DNA from: Candidatus Woesearchaeota archaeon
Lineage (GTDB): Archaea > Nanobdellota > Nanobdellia > Woesearchaeales > JAAOYA01
DNA: 64,000 bases
Assembly: GCA_018221105.1 (NCBI GenBank)
Contig: JAAOYA010000010.1
Coordinates: forward strand, 1 to 64,000
Reading direction: 5' to 3'
In this document: piece by piece, positions 1 to 9,959 of the stretch
Layout: every line of letters starts with the position of its first letter
Position numbering within the stretch: position 1 is the first letter of the stretch
The notes under the pieces: model-generated
What the model saw: the letters and a program-made list of their open reading frames with translations, nothing else
What the model was told of the DNA's origin: nothing
Database searches by the model: none
Made by a program: the position numbers and the translations under genes

Positions 1-443
1 ACTATGTTGTAGTTGTTTGAAGAGTTTAGTGCACTGTGGCCTCCGCCTGCCGGTCTTGAAGTTGTTGAAGTGTTAAAAACGTAATTTGTTATACCTCTTG
101 ATTGTTCTGCATTGGCTGTTTCTATGCTAAAAGACTCGTAAGTGGAGTCATTAGTTTCAATATCTACAATCCAGTCTTCGATTACGCCTTCTGCTTTATT
201 GCGAATTTTTAATCTTATTTCTCCGTCTGTTGAACCATCAGGATCTGTAACATTTATTCTTTCTATTGCAAAGCTTAATGCTGTGCATGATTGAAATGAT
301 CTGCTCTCTTGTGTTGCTGTTTCAAGGTTTTCTTCTGAGAATTGGTTGACCCATCCCATAATAAGACCTCCAATTGTTAAAGAGATAGCAACTAACAGTA
401 CTGCAACTATTAATCCTGAAACTGCTTTTTTATTGTTAAACAT
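1..443 (-). CDS. Archaeal type IV pilin/archaellin-like protein with class III signal peptide (3' end runs off window)
   Basis: Not in ORF track. Manual translation from ATG 443 gives MFNNKKA|VSGLIVAVLLVAISLTIGGLIMGWV..., a basic leader, KKA cleavage site and hydrophobic helix; GAGGTG RBS at 451-456; open to the window edge. Confidence 0.8.
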   Translation of the reverse strand, partial: MFNNKKAVSGLIVAVLLVAISLTIGGLIMGWVNQFSEENLETATQESRSFQSCTALSFAIERINVTDPDGSTDGEIRLKIRNKAEGVIEDWIVDIETNDSTYESFSIETANAEQSRGITNYVFNTSTTSRPAGGGHSALNSSNNYNI

Positions 444-565
444 GTGTGCGCACCTCTATTTGATTTTGATATACAGAATTTTTAACAATAGTCCTTTATA
501 AAAGTTTCGAATAATACTCTCAAAAACAAAACTTTAATAAGGCAATTTTTACAATACTATTTTTT

Positions 566-1771
566 ATGGCTACGCTTTTGTACTTGACTTACTTGTCAAT
601 AATTATCATCGTTGGAATTATTGCTACTATTATAGCTTCTAAGATTAAAATTCCAGAAGTTATTGTTTTAATTTTTGCCGGCATGGTTATTGGCAATATC
701 ACTGTTAATGGCGCTCCACTTATAGGTTTTCCTTTGGAGTTTATCACTGCCCTGTCACTTTTAGCGCTTGTCATTATTGTTTTTGACGCGTCTAGTCGTC
801 TAAAGCTTAAAGAGTTTGATGATTTTTCTCTTCGCGTTGTGAAACTAACCATTGCTTTTATTGTTTTAACTATTGCTTTTTTGAGTGTTAGCACTTATTA
901 CTTGTTCAATATTAGTAATGTGTTTTACACTTTAATTTTTGCATCTTTAATGGCTGGCACTAGCCCTGACACAGTACTTAGCATGTTTAAAGAGGGCACT
1001 AACAAGTGTGTTGAACTTTTAAAGATTGAAAGCATTATTAACACTCCTTTTATTGTTTTATTGCCTTTTTTATTAATTGATTTGATGCAAGATATTGTCT
1101 CTCCAACATTTTCAACACTTGTTGATGGACTAGCACCTTTTTTGTTGCAAATTGTTGTTGGTATTGGTGCTGGAGTATTAGTTGGTATTGTTGCTTTGAA
1201 GCTTATGAAAAAAACTTATTCTGAAAGACTCTCGCCACTAATGCTTATCGCTGTAGCGCTTATTACTTATATTTTAGCAGAAAATCTTAATGGTAGTGGA
1301 GTCTTAGCTGTGACTACCACTGGTTTGATGTTTGGCAGTGTTTATGTTCGCGAAAAAGCACAATTGCAAGAGTTCAGCCAATTGTTTAGTAGTTTTTTAG
1401 AAATAATGGTTTTCGTGCTCATAGGGCTTTTGATCAAGATTCCTTTTGAAATAATGTTTTATTTAAAATCAGCATTGTTGTTTTTAATATTTTTGCTTAT
1501 CCGTTTTATTGCAGTGAACATTTCGCTTACTGCGGGACAATATAATTTTAAGGAACGATTATTCATATCATTGAATACTTCAAAAGGTATTGCAGTGGCA
1601 GTAGTAGTGTCAATTTTGACTACTTATATGCTGCCAGGTTTTGACACAATATCGAATTTAATGCTTGTTTTTTTAATTTATAGTTTGGTAATCTCAGCAA
1701 TTGTTTTGCATTACTCAAAATTTTTTATTAGGGCTAGTGTTGCAAAAAAGCCTGAAAAACTAATAAAATGA
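566..1771 (+). CDS. Cation:proton antiporter (CPA1/NhaP family)
   Basis: 401 aa, about 12 hydrophobic segments, TSPD and ESIIN (TDP / ESxxND-like) motifs, SGVLAV motif. Confidence 0.85.
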   Translation: MATLLYLTYLSIIIIVGIIATIIASKIKIPEVIVLIFAGMVIGNITVNGAPLIGFPLEFITALSLLALVIIVFDASSRLKLKEFDDFSLRVVKLTIAFIVLTIAFLSVSTYYLFNISNVFYTLIFASLMAGTSPDTVLSMFKEGTNKCVELLKIESIINTPFIVLLPFLLIDLMQDIVSPTFSTLVDGLAPFLLQIVVGIGAGVLVGIVALKLMKKTYSERLSPLMLIAVALITYILAENLNGSGVLAVTTTGLMFGSVYVREKAQLQEFSQLFSSFLEIMVFVLIGLLIKIPFEIMFYLKSALLFLIFLLIRFIAVNISLTAGQYNFKERLFISLNTSKGIAVAVVVSILTTYMLPGFDTISNLMLVFLIYSLVISAIVLHYSKFFIRASVAKKPEKLIK

Positions 1772-2544
1772 AAAAATTAATTTCTGGCCCTGGTGGAACT
1801 AACGGGTTGGGCTATGAAAAAGGAATACCGCATATTGCAAGTTTAGGTCTTGGCGCGCTAGAGGTTGAACTAACCCACGGTATTAACATTTCTAATGAGA
1901 CAGCAAAAAAAATAGGTGCTTTAGCAAAAGAGCATGGTATTAGTTTGAGTGTTCACGCTCCATACTATATTAACCTTGCCAGCATTGACAAAGAGAAAGT
2001 TATCGCTAGTAAAAAAAGAATATTAGATGCTTGTGAGAGAGCGCATTTTTTAGGCGCTAAAAATGTAGTTTTTCATGCAGGCTTTTACATGGGCCGTGAC
2101 AAATTAGAAGTTTTTGATGTTATAGCAAGTGAAATTAAAGAATTGCTAGCGACAATTAAAAAAAATAAGTACGATATTGTTTTAGCGCCAGAGCTTACTG
2201 GAAAACCAACACAGTTCGGCGACTTAGACGAGTTGATTGCTTTAAGTGAAATTACTGGTTGTTTTTTCACTATTGATTTTGCTCACATGCTAGCACGTTA
2301 TGGAAAACTTGATTATGATTGGGCGTTAAAAAAATTAAAACGTTTTAAAACATTACACATTCACTTTTCAGGAATTGAATACACTGCTAAAGGAGAGCGC
2401 AGGCATTTAATAACACAACAAAAAGATATTGAAAAATTAATTGCTGCATTACAAAAATATGGTTTTAGTGCTGTGATAATCAATGAAAGTCCAGACCCTA
2501 TAAGTGACGCAGTAAAAACAAAAAAGATTATTGAGCAAAGTTAA
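1768..2544 (+). CDS. nfo: Endonuclease IV-like TIM-barrel (AP endonuclease 2 family)
   Basis: HAPYYINL, VFHAG, PELTGK..QFG, DFAH, HIHFSGIEY..GERRH, ESP motifs. Confidence 0.85.
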   Translation: MKKLISGPGGTNGLGYEKGIPHIASLGLGALEVELTHGINISNETAKKIGALAKEHGISLSVHAPYYINLASIDKEKVIASKKRILDACERAHFLGAKNVVFHAGFYMGRDKLEVFDVIASEIKELLATIKKNKYDIVLAPELTGKPTQFGDLDELIALSEITGCFFTIDFAHMLARYGKLDYDWALKKLKRFKTLHIHFSGIEYTAKGERRHLITQQKDIEKLIAALQKYGFSAVIINESPDPISDAVKTKKIIEQS

Positions 2545-2571
2545 TAAAATACTAAAAAAAACTTCTAAAAA

Positions 2572-2985
2572 ATGATGAAAACAATAATCCTTGACACAAA
2601 CTTTTTATTGGCTCCTGGACAATTCAAAATAGACATCTTTGAAGAGTTAAAACTGTTGATGGACGAACCTTACGAGCTAGCAATAGTTAGTGCTACAAAA
2701 ACAGAATTAGAAAAACTCTCAGTTGGCAACTCTAAAGACGCTGTTGCTGCAAGGATTGCAATAGAGTTTTTATCGTCAAAGAATTTAAAAACCATTAAAA
2801 CAGAAAACCTTAAAAATACCCTGCAATTTCCCAACAATTACGCCGACGATCAAATACTTAATGTCGTCGACGATAATATTATCGTTGCAACACTGGATGT
2901 AGAACTACAAAAAAAGATTCTAGCCAGAAAAGCCGCCATTATTGGCATGCGACAACAAAAAAAACTTTACATCAAAAAAAGATAA
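2572..2985 (+). CDS. PIN-domain protein (Fcf1/Utp24-like)
   Basis: ILDTNFL, ADD, VATLD motifs; conserved position upstream of rpoE'. Confidence 0.85.
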   Translation: MMKTIILDTNFLLAPGQFKIDIFEELKLLMDEPYELAIVSATKTELEKLSVGNSKDAVAARIAIEFLSSKNLKTIKTENLKNTLQFPNNYADDQILNVVDDNIIVATLDVELQKKILARKAAIIGMRQQKKLYIKKR

Positions 2986-2989
2986 TAAA

Positions 2990-3553
2990 ATGTTTTACAA
3001 AGTACAACTAACAGATCACATACGAGTGCCGCCAAACACTTTTAGTGAAGACACTGAAACTTCTGTGATTAAAGAAATCAAGAACAAGTTCGAAGGCTAC
3101 ATTTCTAAAGAATTAGGAATAGTCGTAGACGTCACAAAAATAGTAAAAGTCAAAGAAGGAACAATCATTCCAGGTGACGGAGCAATCTATTACAATACTG
3201 ATTTTGAACTATTAACTTTCAAACCAGAACTACAAGAAGTCGTTATTGGAATAATAAAAGATATTGCTGACTTTGGAGCCTTTATTAACATCGGCCCAAT
3301 CGAGGGAATGATTCACATTTCACAAACAATGGACGATTTCGTAAGTTTTTCAAAAGACAAAGTATTACTAGGAAAGGAAAGCAAGCGAAGCCTCAGAGTT
3401 GGTGACGTTTGCAGAACACGATTAATCGCTATCAGTTACAAAGATATTACTAACCCAAAATTAGGGCTTACAATGCGCCAACAAGGTCTTGGAAAACTTG
3501 AATGGTTAGAAGAAGAAAAAAAACCAGTGGCAAAAAAGGTTGAGAAAAAATGA
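2990..3553 (+). CDS. rpo7: DNA-directed RNA polymerase subunit Rpo7 (E')
   Basis: IRVPP, GDGAIY, FGAFINIGPIEGMIHISQ, GLTMRQ.GLGKLEW; likely start ATG 2990. Confidence 0.95.
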   Translation: MFYKVQLTDHIRVPPNTFSEDTETSVIKEIKNKFEGYISKELGIVVDVTKIVKVKEGTIIPGDGAIYYNTDFELLTFKPELQEVVIGIIKDIADFGAFINIGPIEGMIHISQTMDDFVSFSKDKVLLGKESKRSLRVGDVCRTRLIAISYKDITNPKLGLTMRQQGLGKLEWLEEEKKPVAKKVEKK

Positions 3554-3738
3554 GCAAGAAAAAAGTTTGCAAAGTCTGTAAAGTATTTGTTACAGGAGAA
3601 CAATGCCAATTGTGTAAAGGTAACCAATTTTCTAATAATTGGAAAGGTAGAGTTACAATATTAAATGTTGAAAAATCAGAAATCGCAAAAAAGATCGGCG
3701 TTACAAACAACGGCGAGTATTCTATAAAATCAAACTAA
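3550..3738 (+). CDS. spt4: Transcription elongation factor Spt4 (RpoE'')
   Basis: CxxC...CxxC zinc ribbon, WKG, SEIAKKIG; follows rpo7. Confidence 0.93.
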   Translation: MSKKKVCKVCKVFVTGEQCQLCKGNQFSNNWKGRVTILNVEKSEIAKKIGVTNNGEYSIKSN

Positions 3739-3739
3739 A

Positions 3740-4132
3740 ATGAAATTAGAACTAGTAAAACAAACAAAACTGCCATTACTCTCAAGAGAGCGTGTTGTAT
3801 TCTGGCTAAACAATACTGGTCCTACACCTTCAAGAGCACAACTTAGAGAAGCAGTTGCCAAACAATTAAGCGTTAAAGAAGAAGTTGTCATGATTCGACA
3901 CGTTTACCCACAGTATGGTAATCCAAAAATCAAGATTATAGCTCACGTTTACAAAAAAGCATCCGATGCTATTATTGAAGGCAAAGCAATGGTAAAAAAG
4001 CATGAGAAAAAAGCTGAAGAGCCAAAGGAAGTTGCTCCCGCTGAAGTTGAAACTCCTGCAGAAGAAAAGAAAGAAGAAGCAGAGAAAACAGAAGAACCTG
4101 CCAAAGAAAAAAAAGAAGATAAGAGTGAATGA
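3740..4132 (+). CDS. rps24e: 30S ribosomal protein S24e with charged C-terminal tail
   Basis: LLSRE, TPSR, YG motifs; syntenic between spt4 and S27ae. Confidence 0.88.
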   Translation: MKLELVKQTKLPLLSRERVVFWLNNTGPTPSRAQLREAVAKQLSVKEEVVMIRHVYPQYGNPKIKIIAHVYKKASDAIIEGKAMVKKHEKKAEEPKEVAPAEVETPAEEKKEEAEKTEEPAKEKKEDKSE

Positions 4133-4323
4133 TTATGAGCGACGCAAAAACTAAAAAACAAAACAAGAAATGGGAATTATACAAAACATCAGGTGACACG
4201 CTACAGCGCACTAACAAGACTTGTCCAAAGTGCGGCCCAGCAGTTTTTCTAGCAGAACACAAAGATCGTAGAACTTGCGGCGCTTGCGATTATATGGAAA
4301 AGAAACAACAGTCTTCAGAATAA
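4129..4323 (+). CDS. rps27ae: 30S ribosomal protein S27ae
   Basis: CPKCGPAVFLAEHKDRRTCGAC motif. Confidence 0.95.
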   Translation: MIMSDAKTKKQNKKWELYKTSGDTLQRTNKTCPKCGPAVFLAEHKDRRTCGACDYMEKKQQSSE

Positions 4324-4593
4324 TTCTAGGTAACCTTCTTTTGGAACCAAAACAATTTTATCAACAATTAGTTTATCAAGTATTTCTGTAGCATCTTTTT
4401 CAGTCATTCCCATAGCTTCTGATTCTACTAAGAACTCTTCTGTTTGAATTGCTTTTTGACCATTTTTTGTTAGTTGATTGAGTAATACTATTACATTAGC
4501 TGTTCTGTCCTCTTTTAATTCTTGCGCTAAACGAATTTGTGTCATGCGCTGAATTTTCAGTATTTCATCAAAGTCTAAACGATCAACTGCCAT
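4315..4593 (-). CDS. Small winged-helix protein resembling the MCM C-terminal domain
   Basis: 92 aa ending EILDKLIVDKIVLVPKEGYLELF, a pattern like archaeal MCM wHTH tails. Confidence 0.55.
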   Translation of the reverse strand: MAVDRLDFDEILKIQRMTQIRLAQELKEDRTANVIVLLNQLTKNGQKAIQTEEFLVESEAMGMTEKDATEILDKLIVDKIVLVPKEGYLELF

Positions 4594-4808
4594 TTTAATG
4601 CCCTTTACAACCTTTAAGTGACAGCTTCTTTTAAAGTTTACCTAGTTAATATACAAAAAAGGACAATAAGCACAAGACAAAAATTTTAGACAAATTGTTT
4701 GTCTTGTCCAATTTAATATGTAAACATATTTTACACTAAATTGTGTCACATACTAAATAATAAAAAAGTTTAAAAAAAGAACCTGTTAACAGTTTTTAAG
4801 GTGAAAAA

Positions 4809-5516
4809 TTGACTAAAGCTTTATACTTATATGATTGTTACTTAAAAGAGTTTGACGCTAAAGTACTAAGCGTAACAGATGACAAGTATGTTGTCTTGGA
4901 CCAAACAGCCTTTTATCCTTCTAGTGGAGGCCAACCTCACGATACCGGAGTAATGCTTTGTGATGATGTTGAGTACCTTGTAATTTATGTTGGAAAGTTT
5001 TCTGGCAGTATAAGTCACGAAGTAACAAAACCTGGACTCAAAGTTGGTGATACAGTTCACTGCAAAATTGATTGGAATAGGCGCTACACTTTAATGCGCT
5101 ATCACACAGGAAGTCATGTTTTAATAGGGTTTTTTTCCAATGAACTAGGCGCTAAGATTACTGGCAACCAATTAGGCGTTGACAGATCACGAATTGATTT
5201 GAACATTCAAAATTTTGATCGCGAACTGTTTGAGAAAATGATTGAAAAGTCTAATGACTTGATTAAAAAAGATTTGCCTGTGAAATTTTATGATATGACA
5301 CGCGAGGACGTGCTAAAAGACCCGCAACTCATCAAACTTGCTGCTGGGCTGCCTGAAGGCATTAAAAATTTGCGAATTGTTGAAATTGAAGGTTTTGACA
5401 AGCAACCAGACGGCGGAACACATTTGAAGAGTTTAAAAGACATTGGCACAATAAAGTTTTTAAAAGCTGACAATAAAGGAGCTAATAATAGAAGGTTTTA
5501 TTTTACACTAGAATGA
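4809..5516 (+). CDS. alaXM: Alanyl-tRNA editing protein AlaX-M
   Basis: LDQTAFYP.SGGQPHDTG, MRYHTGSH, DGGTH; TTG start. Confidence 0.92.
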   Translation: MTKALYLYDCYLKEFDAKVLSVTDDKYVVLDQTAFYPSSGGQPHDTGVMLCDDVEYLVIYVGKFSGSISHEVTKPGLKVGDTVHCKIDWNRRYTLMRYHTGSHVLIGFFSNELGAKITGNQLGVDRSRIDLNIQNFDRELFEKMIEKSNDLIKKDLPVKFYDMTREDVLKDPQLIKLAAGLPEGIKNLRIVEIEGFDKQPDGGTHLKSLKDIGTIKFLKADNKGANNRRFYFTLE

Positions 5517-6445
5517 AATACGTTGTGACAGGAGGAGCAGGATTTATTGGTTCTAATTTAGTGCAAGCATTACTAGAAAAAAATCATGAAGTGGTAGTTA
5601 TTGATGACCTCTCCAGTGGCAGCTTGCACAACATTGAACCTTTTATGGATCGTGTAAAGTTTGTAAAGGGCAGTGTTGAAAGTTTTGAACTTTTAAAAAA
5701 AGAATTTGCCTGCGCTGATATTGTTGTTCACTTGGCAGCTATTGCATCAGTGCCCAAAACTATTGAAGATCCCGTGCTTGCCAGTGCTGTTAACACTGAA
5801 GGAACACTAAAAGCGCTACTGGCAGCAAAGCATGGTGGTGTTAAACGTTTTGTTTTCGCCTCATCTGCAGCGTATTATGGCAATGCTGAGAAAATGCCAA
5901 AAGTTGAAAGTATGGCACCACAACCTGAAAGCCCTTACGCTATTCATAAGGTCACTGGAGAATACTATTGTAAAGTGTTTAGTCAAAAACATTCTGTTGA
6001 TGCTGTTAGCTTTCGGTTTTTTAACGTGTACGGTCCAAAACAAGACCCTAAAAGCCCTTACTCAGGAGTCATCAGTATTTTTATTAACTCAGTGCTCAAT
6101 GATAAGCCAATAACAATTTTTGGTGATGGACATCAAACACGCGATTTCGTGTTTGTTGATGACGTAGTAAAAGCAATAATACTAGCTTGTGAAAGTGAGC
6201 AAAAGTTCGATGGTGAAGTTTTTAACATTGCAACAGCAAAAGAGATTAGTTTGTTAGATTTAATAAAAAATATTAATACAGTTTTAGAAAAAAATGTTAT
6301 GCCAAGCTTTAGTGATGTTCGCGCTGGCGATGTTAAACGATCAGTTGCAGATATTAGCAAAGCAAAAAAAGTTTTGGGCTTTAACCCAACTACTAGTTTT
6401 GAAGAAGGCTTAAAAAAAACTATTGAATGGTACAAAAAAGTCTAG
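5513..6445 (+). CDS. NAD-dependent nucleotide-sugar epimerase/dehydratase (extended SDR)
   Basis: TGGAGFIG, YxxxK (YAIHK), FNVYGP, RDFVFV. Confidence 0.92.
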   Translation: MKYVVTGGAGFIGSNLVQALLEKNHEVVVIDDLSSGSLHNIEPFMDRVKFVKGSVESFELLKKEFACADIVVHLAAIASVPKTIEDPVLASAVNTEGTLKALLAAKHGGVKRFVFASSAAYYGNAEKMPKVESMAPQPESPYAIHKVTGEYYCKVFSQKHSVDAVSFRFFNVYGPKQDPKSPYSGVISIFINSVLNDKPITIFGDGHQTRDFVFVDDVVKAIILACESEQKFDGEVFNIATAKEISLLDLIKNINTVLEKNVMPSFSDVRAGDVKRSVADISKAKKVLGFNPTTSFEEGLKKTIEWYKKV

Positions 6446-6447
6446 TA

Positions 6448-7680
6448 TTATTCAACGCAGACAAGATCGTGTTTTGAATGGGTTGTTTGAACTACTGGAA
6501 ATTCTCTCATGACAAAACGCATTGCTTCTTTTAATAATTTAATATCATTGTGAACTTTTAATTCTAAAACAAAAAATGGTCTTTTTTTCTTGCCATCATT
6601 TTTTTGGTGAAAAACTTTATCTGCAGACACCCAAAGTGTTTGAGCGTCATATACTACTACGCGTTCAAAATACACATCATCAAAGCTTTTGCCTTTTTGA
6701 GATCTTATAAAAATTCTTTTTGCTTTTACATTTTTTATGTCAGCAAAGCCTTTAGGCATTTTTTGATTTAGTGGAAAATAAGTTTTTTCTTTTTTTATTG
6801 GAAAATACCTGTGCTGTTCTAATTCTTTTTTTGACATTTCAGCAGCCCTAGTGTAAATCAGCTGTGCTGATTGCAACCAACCCTTACCATTATCTTTTAG
6901 TCTTTTGCGTAATCGAATTTTTGGCGTTCGACTATTGTACACCGGTAGGTTATTGTCAAAGTATCGATCATAATATTTTATTGTTTTAGTATTTTCTAAA
7001 CTAAATTTTTTTGCCATTCTAGAGAGCACTTGATCAAGCTTTTGTGTAGAACTAATAAAAAACCGTGATTCGTAATAATTTTCAATACCAAAACCTGATT
7101 TTTTTAGCGCTCGCTTATATTTCTTAAAAGCCATTTCAGTAATTGTTACTTCCAATCCGGCAACTACCAATACTGCTATAACAAAACTAGTTAAGGCAAG
7201 TATCCAAGCTGGAGTAACAGGATAAATTCTAAGTCCGAAAAACATCAATATAATATAAATTGGATCGTGCACTAGTATATCTTGTGTTAAACTTTTGGCA
7301 CCGCCACGCATTGCTCTGCGAAAATAAGTTGTTAGGGGATCACGTTTTTGTTTTGGAGTATTACGATAAACACTTAGTGCTTCTTTAAAATGTGCTGGGA
7401 AAAAACCTGCTTTTTCAACTACCGGACCAGTTGTCGATAACACAATATCTCTTGTTCTGCGACTAATAGGCCCTGCAAATACTTTAAACCAAATATTGCT
7501 CAAAAAAATAGCGACTAAAGCTGTTCCAATAGTATTGATTATTAATGCTATTGTTTCATCACGACCGAAGCGTTTAAAAACAGTCCAGAAAGGGTTTCCT
7601 GGAACAATTATTGGTTCTCTAGAAAGTTTTTTTTGCAACAATATTGAATGATCGCTCATGAAAACATTAAAAATAATCAA
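6448..7680 (-). CDS. Membrane protein with C-terminal CYTH/VTC-like (triphosphate tunnel) domain
   Basis: N-terminal hydrophobic helices, then YESRF, DRYFD, KIRLRKR, FER, VSAD, VLELK motifs. Confidence 0.55.
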   Translation of the reverse strand: MIIFNVFMSDHSILLQKKLSREPIIVPGNPFWTVFKRFGRDETIALIINTIGTALVAIFLSNIWFKVFAGPISRRTRDIVLSTTGPVVEKAGFFPAHFKEALSVYRNTPKQKRDPLTTYFRRAMRGGAKSLTQDILVHDPIYIILMFFGLRIYPVTPAWILALTSFVIAVLVVAGLEVTITEMAFKKYKRALKKSGFGIENYYESRFFISSTQKLDQVLSRMAKKFSLENTKTIKYYDRYFDNNLPVYNSRTPKIRLRKRLKDNGKGWLQSAQLIYTRAAEMSKKELEQHRYFPIKKEKTYFPLNQKMPKGFADIKNVKAKRIFIRSQKGKSFDDVYFERVVVYDAQTLWVSADKVFHQKNDGKKKRPFFVLELKVHNDIKLLKEAMRFVMREFPVVQTTHSKHDLVCVE

Positions 7681-7721
7681 TTTATAAACTTTTATAAAGT
7701 CTTACTAGTTCTTTTTGTTTT

Positions 7722-9056
7722 ATGAAAAACAATCGTGTTGAAGAGTTTATTAAAAATCCTAAAAAGGCTTTGTTTAAGCTTTCAGCACCTATGATTGTTG
7801 CAATGCTAGTACAATCACTCTACAGCATTATCGACACTGCTTTTGTTGGACGCTTAGGCCCTGAAGCTATTGCAGCTATTACTTTTTCATGGCCGCTATT
7901 TTTTATTCTGATAGCTTTGAATGCTGGTGTTGGAATCGGAATGAGCAGTCGCATTGCACGTTTTTTAGGCGAGAAAAACAAAGTTGCTGCCGAGAACACT
8001 GCGTTGCACGGAATATTATTATCGCTTACTGTAGCGCTTTTAATTTTTGTTTTAGGAAAAATTTTCTTGACGCCTTTATTTATGTTATTTGGCGCTGGTG
8101 AAGTGTTAGTTTTAGCAAATAGTTACATGAATATTATTTTATCCGGAGTGTTTTTGATGTTTCCAGCGTACGTTCTAAACCATGTTTTCATATCACAGGG
8201 CAATACTAAAACTCCGATGATCATACAAAGTATTTCACTGGGGCTCAACGCTATTTTAGACCCTATTCTTATTTACACTTTGGGCCTTGGCATTCGCGGT
8301 GCTGCTATTGCTACTGTAAGCTCGTTTTTTGTTTCACTAGTATTATATTTGATAATCATTAAGAAAAAATCTTATTTGCGATTAAACATTAGACGATTTA
8401 GTTTTTCACCAAAATTAGTAAAACAAATACTTGCAGTTGGCATCCCATCAAGTCTTATGATATTGGTGCTTTCAATATACGTGATTTTTATTAATCGTTT
8501 AATGGCATATTTTAGCATAGAACACGTTGCAATGTTTGGCATAATAACACGACTTGAAAGCCTTGCAGTGATGCCTGTTGTAGCGTTTAGTATTTCAATG
8601 GTAACACTTGTTGGTATGTTTTACGGGGCTAAAAGACTTGACTTAGTAAAAAATATTAGTTGGTACGCGCTAAAAATAGCTTTTGTTTACACTTCAATCA
8701 TTGGACTAATATTTTTTTCAGTGCCAACATTGTTTATTAGAATATTCACGCCGGACGCTAACCTTTTAGCTTTAGCAAAACCTTTTTTGCGACTTGACGT
8801 TTTGACTTTTCCACTGATGGCAATGACAATGCTAATTAGTAGGATACTTCAAGGTATGGGCCTTGGACTGCCAGGGTTGGTCATAAATTTAATAAGGGTT
8901 ATTATCGTTGCAATACCACTAGCCTTCTTTTTTGTTTTTGGTTTGGGTCTTGGTTACTTGTGGGTTGTCATTGCAATGATTATCAGCAGTGTTATTTCTA
9001 GCATTGTTGCAATTGTATGGCTTGAGAGTAAGTTTTATAAAAACAGCAAACAATAA
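7722..9056 (+). CDS. MATE family efflux transporter
   Basis: DTAFVGRLG, NAILDPILI, GIRGAAIAT; about 12 TM segments. Confidence 0.93.
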   Translation: MKNNRVEEFIKNPKKALFKLSAPMIVAMLVQSLYSIIDTAFVGRLGPEAIAAITFSWPLFFILIALNAGVGIGMSSRIARFLGEKNKVAAENTALHGILLSLTVALLIFVLGKIFLTPLFMLFGAGEVLVLANSYMNIILSGVFLMFPAYVLNHVFISQGNTKTPMIIQSISLGLNAILDPILIYTLGLGIRGAAIATVSSFFVSLVLYLIIIKKKSYLRLNIRRFSFSPKLVKQILAVGIPSSLMILVLSIYVIFINRLMAYFSIEHVAMFGIITRLESLAVMPVVAFSISMVTLVGMFYGAKRLDLVKNISWYALKIAFVYTSIIGLIFFSVPTLFIRIFTPDANLLALAKPFLRLDVLTFPLMAMTMLISRILQGMGLGLPGLVINLIRVIIVAIPLAFFFVFGLGLGYLWVVIAMIISSVISSIVAIVWLESKFYKNSKQ

Positions 9057-9089
9057 ATTGTTCAATAAAACTTTACGGGGTGAAAACTA

Positions 9090-9290
9090 ATGGTTAAAGC
9101 TGTAAAATCTGATAATCCTTTCGTTGCGATTGGAGCGTCACTAGGCGGAATATTCTTAGTGATTGCAGTAGTATTCATATTCTTAGCAAAAGAATTCCTA
9201 ACACACTTAGTCTCAATAGCATGGGCCTTCGTGGCAATTGCTGTGACAATGGGCTTTTTTGCACTACTAGCAATAAAAAAAGAAAAATAA
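9090..9290 (+). CDS. Small 2-TM membrane protein
   Basis: 66 aa, two hydrophobic helices, GGGGTGA RBS upstream. Confidence 0.7.
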   Translation: MVKAVKSDNPFVAIGASLGGIFLVIAVVFIFLAKEFLTHLVSIAWAFVAIAVTMGFFALLAIKKEK

Positions 9291-9325
9291 AATTATTTTT
9301 TTATTTTATTTAGAATGTTCAATAG

Positions 9326-9958
9326 TTAAGTTTTTACTAAATGATTATTCAATAAATCTGTGCATTCAGCATTGCATACATTAAGACTCTGATTAACTAT
9401 AAAATTTTCATCAACTAAGTCAATTGATGACTTTACAATTTCTACTTCTTGAGGAGATCCCCATAACATTAAAGAAATACTAAATGAAGAAACCGCAATG
9501 CTTATTATCAATGCGATTAGTGTTAGTCGGATAGCAATCTTCGCATGTTCCTCTGCTTTCATAGATGCTTTTCTCGCTTCCTTTAATTCAACGTAATCAA
9601 TATAAGTTGATAATCCGAAAGTGCTAAGATGATACTTACTTGTATTATCTAAAAAAAATACTGTTTCTGCATCACTTCGAGACATTTTAAGAAATTCTTT
9701 TTTAACCCATGCGTATTTTTTATTTTTAGTATCTAAATTGGTTTCACTATGAATAATTTGATTTCCTTTACTTTTATCTTCTTTTGATTTAATAATCTTA
9801 GAAGCTTTTTTCTTAGCATCACCAATAATAAGATCTAAATGATAATAAACTTCAAAAGTTGTAAACCCTTCATCAGAATCATAAAGCTTTCTCAACAAAT
9901 CATAAATAAAATGTGTTTTCTTTTTCACATATATTTTCTTTTGTTTGAACCAGTTCAT
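9326..9958 (-). CDS. Hypothetical protein with C-terminal TM helix
   Basis: 210-aa ORF in the AT-rich co-directional run downstream of the Rhs gene. Confidence 0.6.
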   Translation of the reverse strand: MNWFKQKKIYVKKKTHFIYDLLRKLYDSDEGFTTFEVYYHLDLIIGDAKKKASKIIKSKEDKSKGNQIIHSETNLDTKNKKYAWVKKEFLKMSRSDAETVFFLDNTSKYHLSTFGLSTYIDYVELKEARKASMKAEEHAKIAIRLTLIALIISIAVSSFSISLMLWGSPQEVEIVKSSIDLVDENFIVNQSLNVCNAECTDLLNNHLVKT

Positions 9959-9959
9959 T

